The notes under the pieces were generated by a model. It was given only the letters and a program-made list of their open reading frames with translations, was not told the origin of the DNA and did not search any database. Made by a program: the position numbers and the translations under genes. From positions 1 to 64,000 of the IMG/VR virus record IMGVR_UViG_3300038499_000012: 64,000 bases of DNA; one strand, 5' to 3'. Of this stretch, positions 18,386 through 27,940 are shown piece by piece. The first letter of the stretch is position 1, and every line of letters begins with the position of its first letter. This stretch comes from a virus (lineage: Duplodnaviria; Heunggongvirae; Uroviricota; Caudoviricetes).

Positions 18386-20961
18386 GCTCCTATACGCTCA
18401 ACTGCATCTCGCACCCAGGCAAAAAACTCCTTCGTCATTCACAAGGTACGACGAAGGGACTCCTTGATCTATTGCCCAAAATAGCACGCCACTTAAAAAA
18501 AGTTGCTGCTGTGGTGGGCAATTTTCATGATACAGGAAAATTCCTTAATCGATATTTTCAGGACAAGCTTAGAGGAATCCTTTATAAAGACAAGTACACA
18601 CATCACTCCTACCTATCCATGATGTCCCTTTTGGGTTTTTTGCTTCCCGGTAATCATCAATACCGCTCCTACAGGGATATGGTAATAGCCCTGATATGCA
18701 TCATTAAACACCACGGAGGCATTCCGAATCTGGATAAACTAATCAACGACAAAGAACTAAAACAAATGCGGGATTACATCACAGAAGTCCAGTCAAAAGG
18801 ACTTCTTCCAGATATAACGGAATTCAGGCATCAAATAGGATTCGATGGAGACACGAAGCCTGTGTCAGAAATCAAGGACAGCTTGATACGATGTATTTTT
18901 TCTAGGGCAGATAAAATAAACAGCATTTTTACTCGAATCAGCGAGGAAGATCGATTGGGATTTTGGCTTGATTTGAGAATGGTGTTCTCCTGCTTGGTGG
19001 CTGCGGACAAGCAGGATGCAGGAGATCACAAACTTGATATAAATGACAAATTCCTTCGAAAGAAATTTCATAAAGGTATTAAGGCTTACATTGATAATCT
19101 TTCTAAAGTAGTAGCGAAAACGGAGAACGCTAGGAAACTGAACCTTATCCGAACCGAGATGAGAAAAGTGGCGGTACAGAACCTGATAGAAGTCGTAGCC
19201 GCCAATCCTGATAGGCGTCTATTTCAGCTCACATACCCGACAGGAGCGGGAAAAACGGTCATTCTGTACTGCTGTGGCTCGGTGATTCAACTGAAGAAAG
19301 GTTCCCGAAGAATAATATATTCCGTACCTTTTCTTTCTATAACGGATCAGGTTGCTACCATCATAGAGGAAATCTTCCCAAACGAGGAAGATAACATTCA
19401 GCGCATTGATTCCAAGGCCCAACCGGATGAAGATTTGGACTATGACCTGACATCAAGCGGTGATGATGTATCACCCTTGATGGAGGCGCTAAAAAAGTTC
19501 ATAAAAAACTTCATAAAGTTTACACTTAAAAAAGATATCAGTGACATCTCCGCAAACAAAATTCTTAAACAAGAACTCCAGGAGATTTGCTTCTCTTACC
19601 CATTGATCACAACTACATTCGTGCAGATGTTCCAAACTCTGACTACAGCCTCCAACCGTGGACTGATGAGATACAACGGGCTCTCTGGGTGTATATTTCT
19701 GATAGATGAAATTCAGGCCCTCCCACCGAGGCTCTACAACTTTTTAGTGGCACTTCTGGATGCCTTCTGCCGGCGCTTTGATAGCTATGCAGTTATATCA
19801 TCCGCAACAATGCCTTATTTCGATATACCGACGAAGTCAAAAGAAGGCCAGAAAATGTTTCCTGGCTACATGCCCCCTATCGAAATAGGAGACATCAGCT
19901 ACTTTGATGACCCCATCTTCAATCGGTATGATATCGTCGGTATAAAGACCAAGATGACCGTCGATAGTATTGCAGAGAAAATCCGCAAAGAGGAAAAATC
20001 CACTCTAGTGATATTGAACACGAAGAAGGATGCCAAAAGAGTCTATAAAAGAGTCAAAAAGACCGGAGAGGATGCAATTCTGCTTACAAGTTTGAATTGT
20101 GACCGGCAGGATATTTTAGACCTGTGTCAAAAAAAGTTAGATAACCATGAGCGCTTCTTTCTCATATCTACAAATCTCATAGAAGCTGGTGTGGATATCG
20201 ACTTCTGCACAGTATATCGAGAAATAGCCCCCCTGCCGAATATCATTCAGAGCGCAGGTCGAGGTAATAGAAATGGCAATCTCTACCCAGATAGAGCAAC
20301 CATTTATGTTTTTGATTTGATCGACGACAAGGGACGATCCCGATCAAAGTGTATATACAATGGCGATGTCGATGGACCATCCTTAGAATATGCTAAAAAA
20401 ATATTCCTTCTATCCGACAGGATTGCCACACCTGAATTAGAACTCCTGTCCCTTCAAAAGGCTTTCTTTATGGAACAGGGAGAAAATCTCTATTTTGGAA
20501 CTTGGGATTTCTCGATGCCTATCGAGGATGAGGAAGAAGATGAAGAAGAATACAAAACAAAACCAAAAAGGATGAACTTCGTAGATCTCATCAATGGATT
20601 CCAGTATGGAGACATTGGAAGATTTAGGCTGATTCCTGAATGCCGCTACGGAGCGCAGGTTCAATTCTATGTTCCAGAATCGGACGAGGATAAGAGATTT
20701 GAGAAGTTGGTGGAGTATCAGGCCGCGATTCAACAATCGGAAGAAGAGGACGTCCCTATTAAGACAAGGCTGGCTAATAAAAGGAAACTCCATCTACACC
20801 TTCGGGAAATGATGCCTCGGGTAGTTCAGATGAATCTTGGCGAAAAGGACCCTCCTCTTTCAGAGTTAGCAGAGTATGAAGGTATGGTGAGCCATTTGTA
20901 TAAACTAAAGCTGAAATACTACAGTAAGGAATACGGTATAACCTGGGAGGAACAACAATGA
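18373..20961 (+). CDS. cas3: Cas3 (HD nuclease + SF2 helicase)
   Basis: HD motif (VVGNFHDTGKF). Walker A YPTGAGKT. DExQ box LIDEIQALP. SAT motif SATMP. Helicase C-terminus QSAGRGNR. Start taken as the Met overlapping the cas5 stop. Confidence 0.8.
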   Translation: MFHLSSYTLNCISHPGKKLLRHSQGTTKGLLDLLPKIARHLKKVAAVVGNFHDTGKFLNRYFQDKLRGILYKDKYTHHSYLSMMSLLGFLLPGNHQYRSYRDMVIALICIIKHHGGIPNLDKLINDKELKQMRDYITEVQSKGLLPDITEFRHQIGFDGDTKPVSEIKDSLIRCIFSRADKINSIFTRISEEDRLGFWLDLRMVFSCLVAADKQDAGDHKLDINDKFLRKKFHKGIKAYIDNLSKVVAKTENARKLNLIRTEMRKVAVQNLIEVVAANPDRRLFQLTYPTGAGKTVILYCCGSVIQLKKGSRRIIYSVPFLSITDQVATIIEEIFPNEEDNIQRIDSKAQPDEDLDYDLTSSGDDVSPLMEALKKFIKNFIKFTLKKDISDISANKILKQELQEICFSYPLITTTFVQMFQTLTTASNRGLMRYNGLSGCIFLIDEIQALPPRLYNFLVALLDAFCRRFDSYAVISSATMPYFDIPTKSKEGQKMFPGYMPPIEIGDISYFDDPIFNRYDIVGIKTKMTVDSIAEKIRKEEKSTLVILNTKKDAKRVYKRVKKTGEDAILLTSLNCDRQDILDLCQKKLDNHERFFLISTNLIEAGVDIDFCTVYREIAPLPNIIQSAGRGNRNGNLYPDRATIYVFDLIDDKGRSRSKCIYNGDVDGPSLEYAKKIFLLSDRIATPELELLSLQKAFFMEQGENLYFGTWDFSMPIEDEEEDEEEYKTKPKRMNFVDLINGFQYGDIGRFRLIPECRYGAQVQFYVPESDEDKRFEKLVEYQAAIQQSEEEDVPIKTRLANKRKLHLHLREMMPRVVQMNLGEKDPPLSELAEYEGMVSHLYKLKLKYYSKEYGITWEEQQ

Positions 20962-21482
20962 AAGCATTTATTGTCGAGGGCGTCACATTAGGAGAAGACA
21001 GTTATACCAAGCATCAGCAGATTGCCGACCTGATTGATAGCAAAAATACTCGATTCCATGAAAGAGAAGACGGTTCCATCGTTCTTCTCTCAGAAACAAT
21101 GCCTGAGGGATCCAAATACACGGCCGTTGGAATGTCTTATTCTAAGGGTGAGATTCTTTCTTTCTCTATCAGAGCTTGTGTCTCAAAACGGTCAGGGGAT
21201 AAAGAAATTCCAATAACCAATATGACAGAGATAGTCAATTGGATAACCAGAAAGGCCAGAGAAAATGGTTTTGTTATCAACTTTTTTGACAATATTGAAG
21301 GCCCTTGTGTCAGAGATGTGACCAAGCCTGGATTTGTTTTCAAAATCAGTACCGTAGATTTTGCCGGCAACCTTACAGTCCTTGACAAGGACTTATTCGA
21401 CCGGGCCTTGAGAACCGGCATTGGAAGAAAAAAAGCTTTTGGCTGTGGAGTTCTCTGTGTTACGCGTAGTACAGATGTTTGA
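20958..21482 (+). CDS. cas6e: Cas6e (CasE) crRNA endoribonuclease
   Basis: C-terminal G-rich loop GIGRKKAFGCGVLCV matches E. coli CasE GIGPAKSMGCGLLSL. ~175-200 aa. ATGA overlap with cas3. Confidence 0.65.
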   Translation: MKAFIVEGVTLGEDSYTKHQQIADLIDSKNTRFHEREDGSIVLLSETMPEGSKYTAVGMSYSKGEILSFSIRACVSKRSGDKEIPITNMTEIVNWITRKARENGFVINFFDNIEGPCVRDVTKPGFVFKISTVDFAGNLTVLDKDLFDRALRTGIGRKKAFGCGVLCVTRSTDV

Positions 21483-21638
21483 TTTCCCGCCCACGCGGGA
21501 GTTTAATAATGAGACGCACTACTGTGCAGGAAGATCTTTCCCGCGTGACGCGGGAGTTGAATGTATAGAGTGTCGAGAACAGATGCAGCGTCATGATCTT
21601 TCCCGCATCACGCGGGGGTTGAATTAAGAGATTATTAA
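21483..21638 (+). CRISPR. mini CRISPR array (3 repeat-like units, 2 spacers) between cas6e and cas1
   Basis: Units tttcccgcccacgcgggagtttaat, ctttcccgcgtgacgcgggagttgaat and ctttcccgcatcacgcgggggttgaat, separated by spacers of ~28 and ~35 nt. Confidence 0.6.
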
Positions 21639-22508
21639 ATGATCTACACAGATTTAAGTGGCCGCCTACCTTTTGTCTATGTAGAAATGGGAAAGCTTAG
21701 GGTATCAGGAGCTTCCCTTGTTTTTGTCAGTGAATCCTCTGTGATTGCTATCCCCGTAGGTAGGATAGCTGCCGTATTCCTTGGACCTGGAATTTCTGTT
21801 ACGGACAGGGCTGTTCATTTGGCCGCTACTGCCGGAAGTATGCTTCTATGGGTAGGTGAGGGAATTACCAAGTGCTACGCAGTGTTACCTACACACCATC
21901 AATCCTCAAAGAATCTTTTATCCCAAATTGAGCTCCTCACCAAACATAAGACTAAAATCTTAAAACGATACACACTGCTTAGGTTTGGAAAAAAACTGCT
22001 GGCTTGGGAACGGCTTAATGAAAATAAGATACGAGGGATAGAGGGCAGCTTCATGAGAAAGGTATATGTAGAATGTGCTAAAAAATTCGGTATTCCCTAC
22101 GGAGGTCGATCCAAAGAGGGGTCCTGGGAAAACAATTCGGTCTATAATAAAGCCATCTCTATATGTAATTCTTACTTATACGGCATGGCTACAGCGGTTT
22201 TGATTGCCTTGGGTTACTCCCCAGCTCTTGGAATTCTACATAATGGAGACTCCTTCTCATTGTCCTTTGATATTGCCGACCTTTATAAACACAAGTTTTC
22301 GATACCTTTGGCATTTGAAGCGTCAAAAAAAGTCTTGGGATCGGATAACATCAGAATAGAAAAAGAAATCAGGATCATGGCTTTAGAAAAAATGAAGGGC
22401 ACTAATTTCGTTAAAGCTATGGTAGAAGATATTCAGGAAATATTCGATGACGGTATTCATCACGAAAAGAATATCAACGAGGACGAGGCGACTTCTGTCA
22501 GCTTATAA
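21639..22508 (+). CDS. cas1: Cas1 (type I-E-like integrase)
   Basis: VGRIAAVFLGPGISVTDRAVHLAATAGSMLLWVGEG aligns closely with E. coli YgbT VGSVACIMLEPGTRVSHAAVRLAAQVGTLLVWVGEA. GIEGSFMRKVY and YGMATAVLIALGYSPALGILHNG are also conserved. Confidence 0.85.
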   Translation: MIYTDLSGRLPFVYVEMGKLRVSGASLVFVSESSVIAIPVGRIAAVFLGPGISVTDRAVHLAATAGSMLLWVGEGITKCYAVLPTHHQSSKNLLSQIELLTKHKTKILKRYTLLRFGKKLLAWERLNENKIRGIEGSFMRKVYVECAKKFGIPYGGRSKEGSWENNSVYNKAISICNSYLYGMATAVLIALGYSPALGILHNGDSFSLSFDIADLYKHKFSIPLAFEASKKVLGSDNIRIEKEIRIMALEKMKGTNFVKAMVEDIQEIFDDGIHHEKNINEDEATSVSL

Positions 22509-22734
22509 TGCTGAGGTATCTTTAGGGGTTTACGTAGGATACCACAACGAAGGCGTGTATATGCGTATTCTTAAATGGTTGAGAAAAAATATAAAGGGGA
22601 ATGAAAAAATACTTATATTGCGTCCGGATAAATCCTGGATTGGCTTCTCAGATGAGTATTTTAATTGGGAATCTCAAGCGGTGTACTTAGATGGTGTTAA
22701 GTTATATAAACCTCTTCATTATTCTTCCGAATAA
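22447..22734 (+). CDS. cas2: Cas2 (type I-E-like)
   Basis: MTVFITKRISTRTRRLLSAYNAEVSLGVYVG aligns with E. coli YgbF ...[22 protein letters not shown]. Overlaps the cas1 3' end. Confidence 0.65.
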   Translation: MTVFITKRISTRTRRLLSAYNAEVSLGVYVGYHNEGVYMRILKWLRKNIKGNEKILILRPDKSWIGFSDEYFNWESQAVYLDGVKLYKPLHYSSE

Positions 22735-22797
22735 CCCATGTTTTAGTGCCCGTTCTTTGAAATAACACATTGATGTAAAAGGACATACCCTTTAAGG

Positions 22798-25700
22798 GTC
22801 TTTCCCGCGTCACGCGGGGGTTGAATATTACATTGTCGGGGTATTCGGGGTAGTCGGATGTCTTTCCCGCGTCACGCGGGGGTTGAATGAGTATGCCCCT
22901 TATACCGTAGGAGGAGACCGGTCTTTCCCGCGTCACGCGGGGGTTGAATTGGACTACGTATACGATACCTGTAGGTCTGTCTGGTCTTTCCCGCGTCACG
23001 CGGGGGTTGAATTCCGGTAGATTTGAGATCGTGTATTAGTTGGGGGTCTTTCCCGCGTCACGCGGGGGTTGAATCCCGAGTCCCTGTCTGTCGTAATATT
23101 GTGATCCGTCTTTCCCGCGTCACGCGGGGGTTGAATTATGGGAATAGGTGGGCCATCTATAGTAGTCTGGTCTTTCCCGCGTCACGCGGGGGTTGAATAA
23201 GAACTCTATAGCAGCGTAAGGAACTTTTGTTTTGTCTTTCCCGCGTCACGCGGGGGTTGAATTATCTACCCGACCGGGAATTCTTCCTCGGTCAGGTCTT
23301 TCCCGCGTCACGCGGGGGTTGAATCTTATCAAGTATGTACACAGGGTATGTTGTGGAGTCTTTCCCGCGTCACGCGGGGGTTGAATAATCGTCTGACCGT
23401 GCACGGACGCCCTCGGTTTGGTCTTTCCCGCGTCACGCGGGGGTTGAATGCCTGTGCACGTTATGGATGCAGACTGAGCGGCGTCTTTCCCGCGTCACGC
23501 GGGGGTTGAATATACTCCATGATCGCAGAGTGCATAGCACTGTTGTCTTTCCCGCGTCACGCGGGGGTTGAATCCACTAAATTGATCTATGATCACAGGG
23601 GGAAGTCTTTCCCGCGTCACGCGGGGGTTGAATGCCTGTGCACGTTATGGATGCAGACTGAGCGGCGTCTTTCCCGCGTCACGCGGGGGTTGAATGATGT
23701 GGATTTGAAGAAACTCGATATACCCGATTGTCTTTCCCGCGTCACGCGGGGGTTGAATCATCTTGTCCCCGTTTTTTGTACCGTCATAGTTGTCTTTCCC
23801 GCGTGACGCGGGAGTTGAATCATGGTAACGTCACGTCCAGACCGTGTCGCAGCGTCTTTCCCGCGTGACGCGGGAGTTGAATTCCCCGTGTGGTCAAAGT
23901 GGCTGGTAAAGTTGTCTGTCTTTCCCGCGTGACGCGGGAGTTGAATACAATCAGCTCAGTTCCGAACCGGCAGACGATCGTCTTTCCCGCGTGACGCGGG
24001 AATTGAATTTCCCGAAGTAGTTGGACAGAACTTCGTCCATGGTCTTTCCCGCGTGACGCGGGAGTTGAATATTCCCCCAATCCTCCGTTGTCCAACCCAG
24101 TTTGAGTCTTTCCCGCGTGACGCGGGAGTTGAATCCTACTTCAAACACGGACTTTTCAGCTGGTGGTCTTTCCCGCGTCACGCGGGGGTTGAATATGGAC
24201 GAGGCCTATGTTGATATCTTCAGCAGGTCTTTCCCGCGTGACGCGGGAGTTGAATCATTTCTCCGATACGCCTATGGTCAGATTTATTGTCTTTCCCGCC
24301 TACGCGGGAGTTGAATTGTTTACGATTTAAGAAAAGAGGGCTATTTGGAACATGTCTTTCCCGCCCACGCGGGAGTTGAATACCAAGACACGAATAGAAA
24401 TGGTGTTTCAGTCTTTCCCGCGTGACGCGGGAGTTGAATACTCTCGATTCGTGGTTTTATGCCAGACTATCTGGTCTTTCCCGCGTCACGCGGGGGTTGA
24501 ATCTATTATTCGTTGCTCTCGCAGGAAAGTCTTTCCCGCATCACGCGGGAGTTGAATGTGGTCAAGCGGGTTCTCACCGGATTCTGCGTCGTCTTTCCCG
24601 CCCACGCGGGAGTTGAATCAGCGGAATGCTAACCGGGGCAATATCCATTCCGTCTTTCCCGCGTGACGCGGGAGTTGAATAATCGGCTGTGTAGGAGGGA
24701 GGAGAGTGTGAAGTCTTTCCCGCATCACGCGGGAGTTGAATCCTGTACGATGAGTTCTTCTCCAAGGCGAAGTCTTTCCCGCGTCACGCGGGAGTTGAAT
24801 CTCATCAACAGCGTCAACACGTACCATCAACAGCGTCAACACGTACCGTGGAACGTCTTTCCCGCCCACGCGGGAGTTGAATTGGGGGTATCTATCAACG
24901 GGTCCCCCGTTTTGTTGTCTTTCCCACGTGACGCGGGAGTTGAATTATCATCTGCTTGTATGCCTCAAGGCAGACCTGGTCTTTCCCGCGTAGGCGGGAG
25001 TTGAATAATCCACTACGCAGACGAGATCATTAGTGATAGTGTCTTTCCCGCCTACGCGGGAGTTGAATACCGCCATCATCCGACGCCCGAACCTAGTGGT
25101 GTCTTTCCCGCGTGACGCGGGAGTTGAATTAAACACGGATCTTCGGCGACGACATTACCCAGTCTTTCCCGCACCACGCGGGAGTTGAATATTTCGAACC
25201 TACCTAGGGATAGTAATGAGGTGGTCTTTCCCGCCAACGCGGGAGTTGAATTCTCGAGGCGCTCTTGAAGGTTGTCAACCCGCAGTCTTTCCCGCATCAC
25301 GCGGGAGTTGAATAGGCATCCGAATAACGAAACCAGAAACGTTCTGTCTTTCCCGCCTACGCGGGAGTTGAATTAACCGATTGACTTGTCAAGTGCTAGT
25401 AGTGATGTCTTTCCCGCCTACGCGGGAGTTGAATTACACTCCATATGATCCGGAACCAATCCAGAAGAGTCTTTCCCGCCTACGCGGGAGTTGAATCATA
25501 TCTCCATAAACATTCGTCAAGAAGTTTGGTGGTCTTTCCCGCACTACGCGGGAGTTGAATCATCATGTCGTTCTCGCCAAGGAATGAACGGAATCTTTCC
25601 CGCACCACGCGGGAGTTGAATTGTAGGCCGTCCTACGCGGTTTGGTGGGCACTGCGTCTTTCCCGCCCACGCGGGAGTTGAATAGGCATCCGAATAACGA

Positions 25701-26369
25701 AACCAGAAACGTTCTGTCTTTCCCGCGTCACGCGGGAGTTGAATACAATGTCATCTCAGGGTGGTGTACTGGCGAATCTGTCTTTCCCGCGTGACGCGGG
25801 AGTTGAATCCTTCTGGACATACATGCAGAGACCCAACAAAGGGGTCTTTCCCGCGTGACGCGGGAGTTGAATCCCGTACCCTCGTTCCACGCTATTGACA
25901 CGCCGGTCTTTCCCGCGTGACGCGGGAGTTGAATTTCCTCGGTCGGGAACGTCGTTTCCAGGTCGTCAAGGTCTTTCCCGCCTACGCGGGAGTTGAATAC
26001 GACTATGGGAAGCAAATCAAGGATGTCGTAATCTTTCCCGCATCACGCGGGAGTTGAATGTGGTAGGACCCTGTATCTCAGGCTGTATCTTAGGCCGAGA
26101 AGTCTTTCCCGCCCACGCGGGAGTTGAATCACCGGCGTACAGATGGGTGCTGCCATGCAGCAGTCTTTCCCGCGTAGGCGGGAGTTAAATTATTCGTTTG
26201 TGGACCATGCCTTGACCTAGTCTTTCCCGCGTCACGCGGGAGTTGAATAGCTGCCGCTTCTTTTGCAGCTCTCACCGTCGGTCTTTCCCGCCCACGCGGG
26301 AGTTGAATCACACCCTGCTGGAAGAACGTATGGTCCGTCACTGTCTTTCCCGCGTAGGCGGGAGTTGAA
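22798..26369 (+). CRISPR. CRISPR array, 58 repeats (28-29 nt) and 57 spacers (mostly 32-33 nt); leader on the cas2 side
   Basis: Consensus GTCTTTCCCGCGTCACGCGGGGGTTGAAT with hairpin cccgcg/cgcggg followed by an 8-nt handle (I-E style). Repeats 1-16 are identical; repeats 17-58 carry ...GCGGGAGTTGAAT with many loop variants (TGAC, CTAC, CCAC, ATCAC, ACCAC, CAAC, GTAGG). Degenerate repeat remnants extend to ~26500. Confidence 0.95.
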
Positions 26370-26563
26370 TAGTTGAATAGTTGAATCTAAGAGTAATGGA
26401 AGAATTATTTTGTAGTTACTTTTCCCATCTACATAGAATGGGAGTTAAATAGGCTATATTCGAGGGATCAAATTTCCCGCGTAAGCGGGAGCATTTTATT
26501 ATGTTTTTTGGATACGGGTGTATAATAAGAACGGGTATAAGGAGTATTTCCCGCGTCAAACGG

Positions 26564-26929
26564 ATGTATCATGAAAGCATACACCATCACACACAATCCC
26601 CGAACGACCCTGATAAAGGGGGCAGTATGGACGATAGTAGCTCTGGGACTACTATTCATACTCTCAGTAGTCCTGATCATCCTATCCGTGTCTTGTACCA
26701 CACAGACCAGACACTACTCTTGGAAGTCGAAATGTGTACGACCGGTGCCAACATACACCGGGTCAATCAAATCCGAGCCGTCTACTATAACCTCATAGAC
26801 CTCATCAACCGGTCCCAGCCCAATGAGAAAACCACCCTTATGGAAGGATACCTTCATCATGTTGAACAACTGTTTCAATCGTTTGTGGCCACGGGCATCA
26901 TCAAGCGACTCCCCCATATTGACCTCTGA
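26564..26929 (+). CDS. hypothetical protein
   Basis: Internal Met of track ORF 26501, downstream of a GTATAATAA motif at ~26515-26529 and aaggagt; the alternative-frame 75-aa membrane ORF 26571..26798 is also possible. Confidence 0.2.
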   Translation: MYHESIHHHTQSPNDPDKGGSMDDSSSGTTIHTLSSPDHPIRVLYHTDQTLLLEVEMCTTGANIHRVNQIRAVYYNLIDLINRSQPNEKTTLMEGYLHHVEQLFQSFVATGIIKRLPHIDL

Positions 26930-27464
26930 TGCCACAACCATTATCAGCCCTACCTACACAGCCATCTCCACGGTTACAGTAGGCCTGGACTACCAACTGT
27001 CCCCAAACTTCACCTTCGGAATGCTCACCAAAACCGAACATAGGGAATTCCTCGAGCTCAACCGAAAAGAAGGGGCCCAAAAACTCACAAACCTCGCCAG
27101 ACTGTGTAACGAGATTCTGGAACCCGTCAGAACCTTCATGGGCTCAGCACTCATTACCTCCGCATTCCGCTGCCCAGCCCTCAATACGGACATCGGAGGG
27201 GCCAAGAACTCTCAACACGTTCAGGCCGAGGCCGCGGACATGGAATTCACCGGAGCTACGGAAGGGGCCCCTCTGAGAGAGGCATTCAACAAAATAGCGT
27301 TCACATCAACCATTCAATACTCGCAGATCATACTCGAATTCGGGCAATGGATCCATCTTGGCCTTATAAATGAAATCCTGTACCCGGGAAGGAAATTGCA
27401 GAAGCTCATAGCTTCAACCGTGAATGGAAAAACTGTGTACACTGCAGTGACAAAATCCATCTAA
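26823..27464 (+). CDS. peptidase M15-family (VanY/L-Ala-D-Glu peptidase-like) cell-wall hydrolase, candidate endolysin
   Basis: LSPNFTFGML... and ITSAFRCPALNTDIGGAKNSQHVQAEAADM match the Peptidase_M15 signature (ITSGYRxxxxNxxxGGxxxSxHxxGxAxD). True start probably downstream of the track start. Confidence 0.5.
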   Translation: MRKPPLWKDTFIMLNNCFNRLWPRASSSDSPILTSDATTIISPTYTAISTVTVGLDYQLSPNFTFGMLTKTEHREFLELNRKEGAQKLTNLARLCNEILEPVRTFMGSALITSAFRCPALNTDIGGAKNSQHVQAEAADMEFTGATEGAPLREAFNKIAFTSTIQYSQIILEFGQWIHLGLINEILYPGRKLQKLIASTVNGKTVYTAVTKSI

Positions 27465-27480
27465 AAGTTTATTCCTGGAC

Positions 27481-27500
27481 GATTCCCCCGTATAATAAGT
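27481..27500 (+). promoter_or_regulatory. promoter motif gattCCCCCGTATAATAAgt
   Basis: TATAAT ~21 nt upstream of the ATG at 27518; same motif family as 6817, 14346, 26515 and 49088. Confidence 0.35.
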
Positions 27501-27517
27501 GTGAAAGGAAACCTAAT

Positions 27518-27940
27518 ATGAAATATTTACTTGTTTTGGTGGGGATTGGGCTTCTTCACTTGGCTTGTGGTGATGCGGGGAATCCTGTAACAGGCACCAA
27601 AGACACTCTATACGTCAGGGATACCCTGATCATAAGGGATTCTTTGACTATTCGTGATTCTATGACCATAAAAGACACATTGGTGATTAAAGACACTCTG
27701 GTCAAAAAGGATACCATAAGCAGACGGGATACGCTAATTACCAGAGATACGATGTTCCGCAAAGACACCATATTCAGCAAAGATACGGTGTTCAGCAAAG
27801 ACACGGTATTCAGTAAGGACACCTTAATCCGAAGACACCCTGGTAAGAAAAGATACCCTAATCCGAAGGGATACATTGGTAAGGAGAGACACCCTAATCC
27901 GAAGAGATACATTGGTTTACATAGATTCTGTTTTGATTAG
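27518..27940 (+). CDS. lipoprotein with hexapeptide (K/R)DT(L/V)x(I/V) tandem repeats
   Basis: Signal peptide and lipobox LLHLAC. About 17 tandem 18-bp DNA repeats encode RDTLII/RDSLTI/KDTLVI... Confidence 0.4.
   Translation: MKYLLVLVGIGLLHLACGDAGNPVTGTKDTLYVRDTLIIRDSLTIRDSMTIKDTLVIKDTLVKKDTISRRDTLITRDTMFRKDTIFSKDTVFSKDTVFSKDTLIRRHPGKKRYPNPKGYIGKERHPNPKRYIGLHRFCFD

Noticed and set aside
22697-26341. Numerous 60-140-aa ORFs on both strands inside the CRISPR array (e.g. 22697..22999, 23519..23806, 24663..25004, 25728..26015)
   Set aside because: They are translations of the 61-bp repeat-spacer periodicity (recurring PRHAGKT/SRVTRE peptides), not genes.
14415-26466. Treating the 16-bp flanking repeat as definitive att sites of an integrated CRISPR-Cas cassette
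   Set aside because: A single exact 16-mer pair is expected about once by chance in a 64-kb window; kept only as a low-interest observation.
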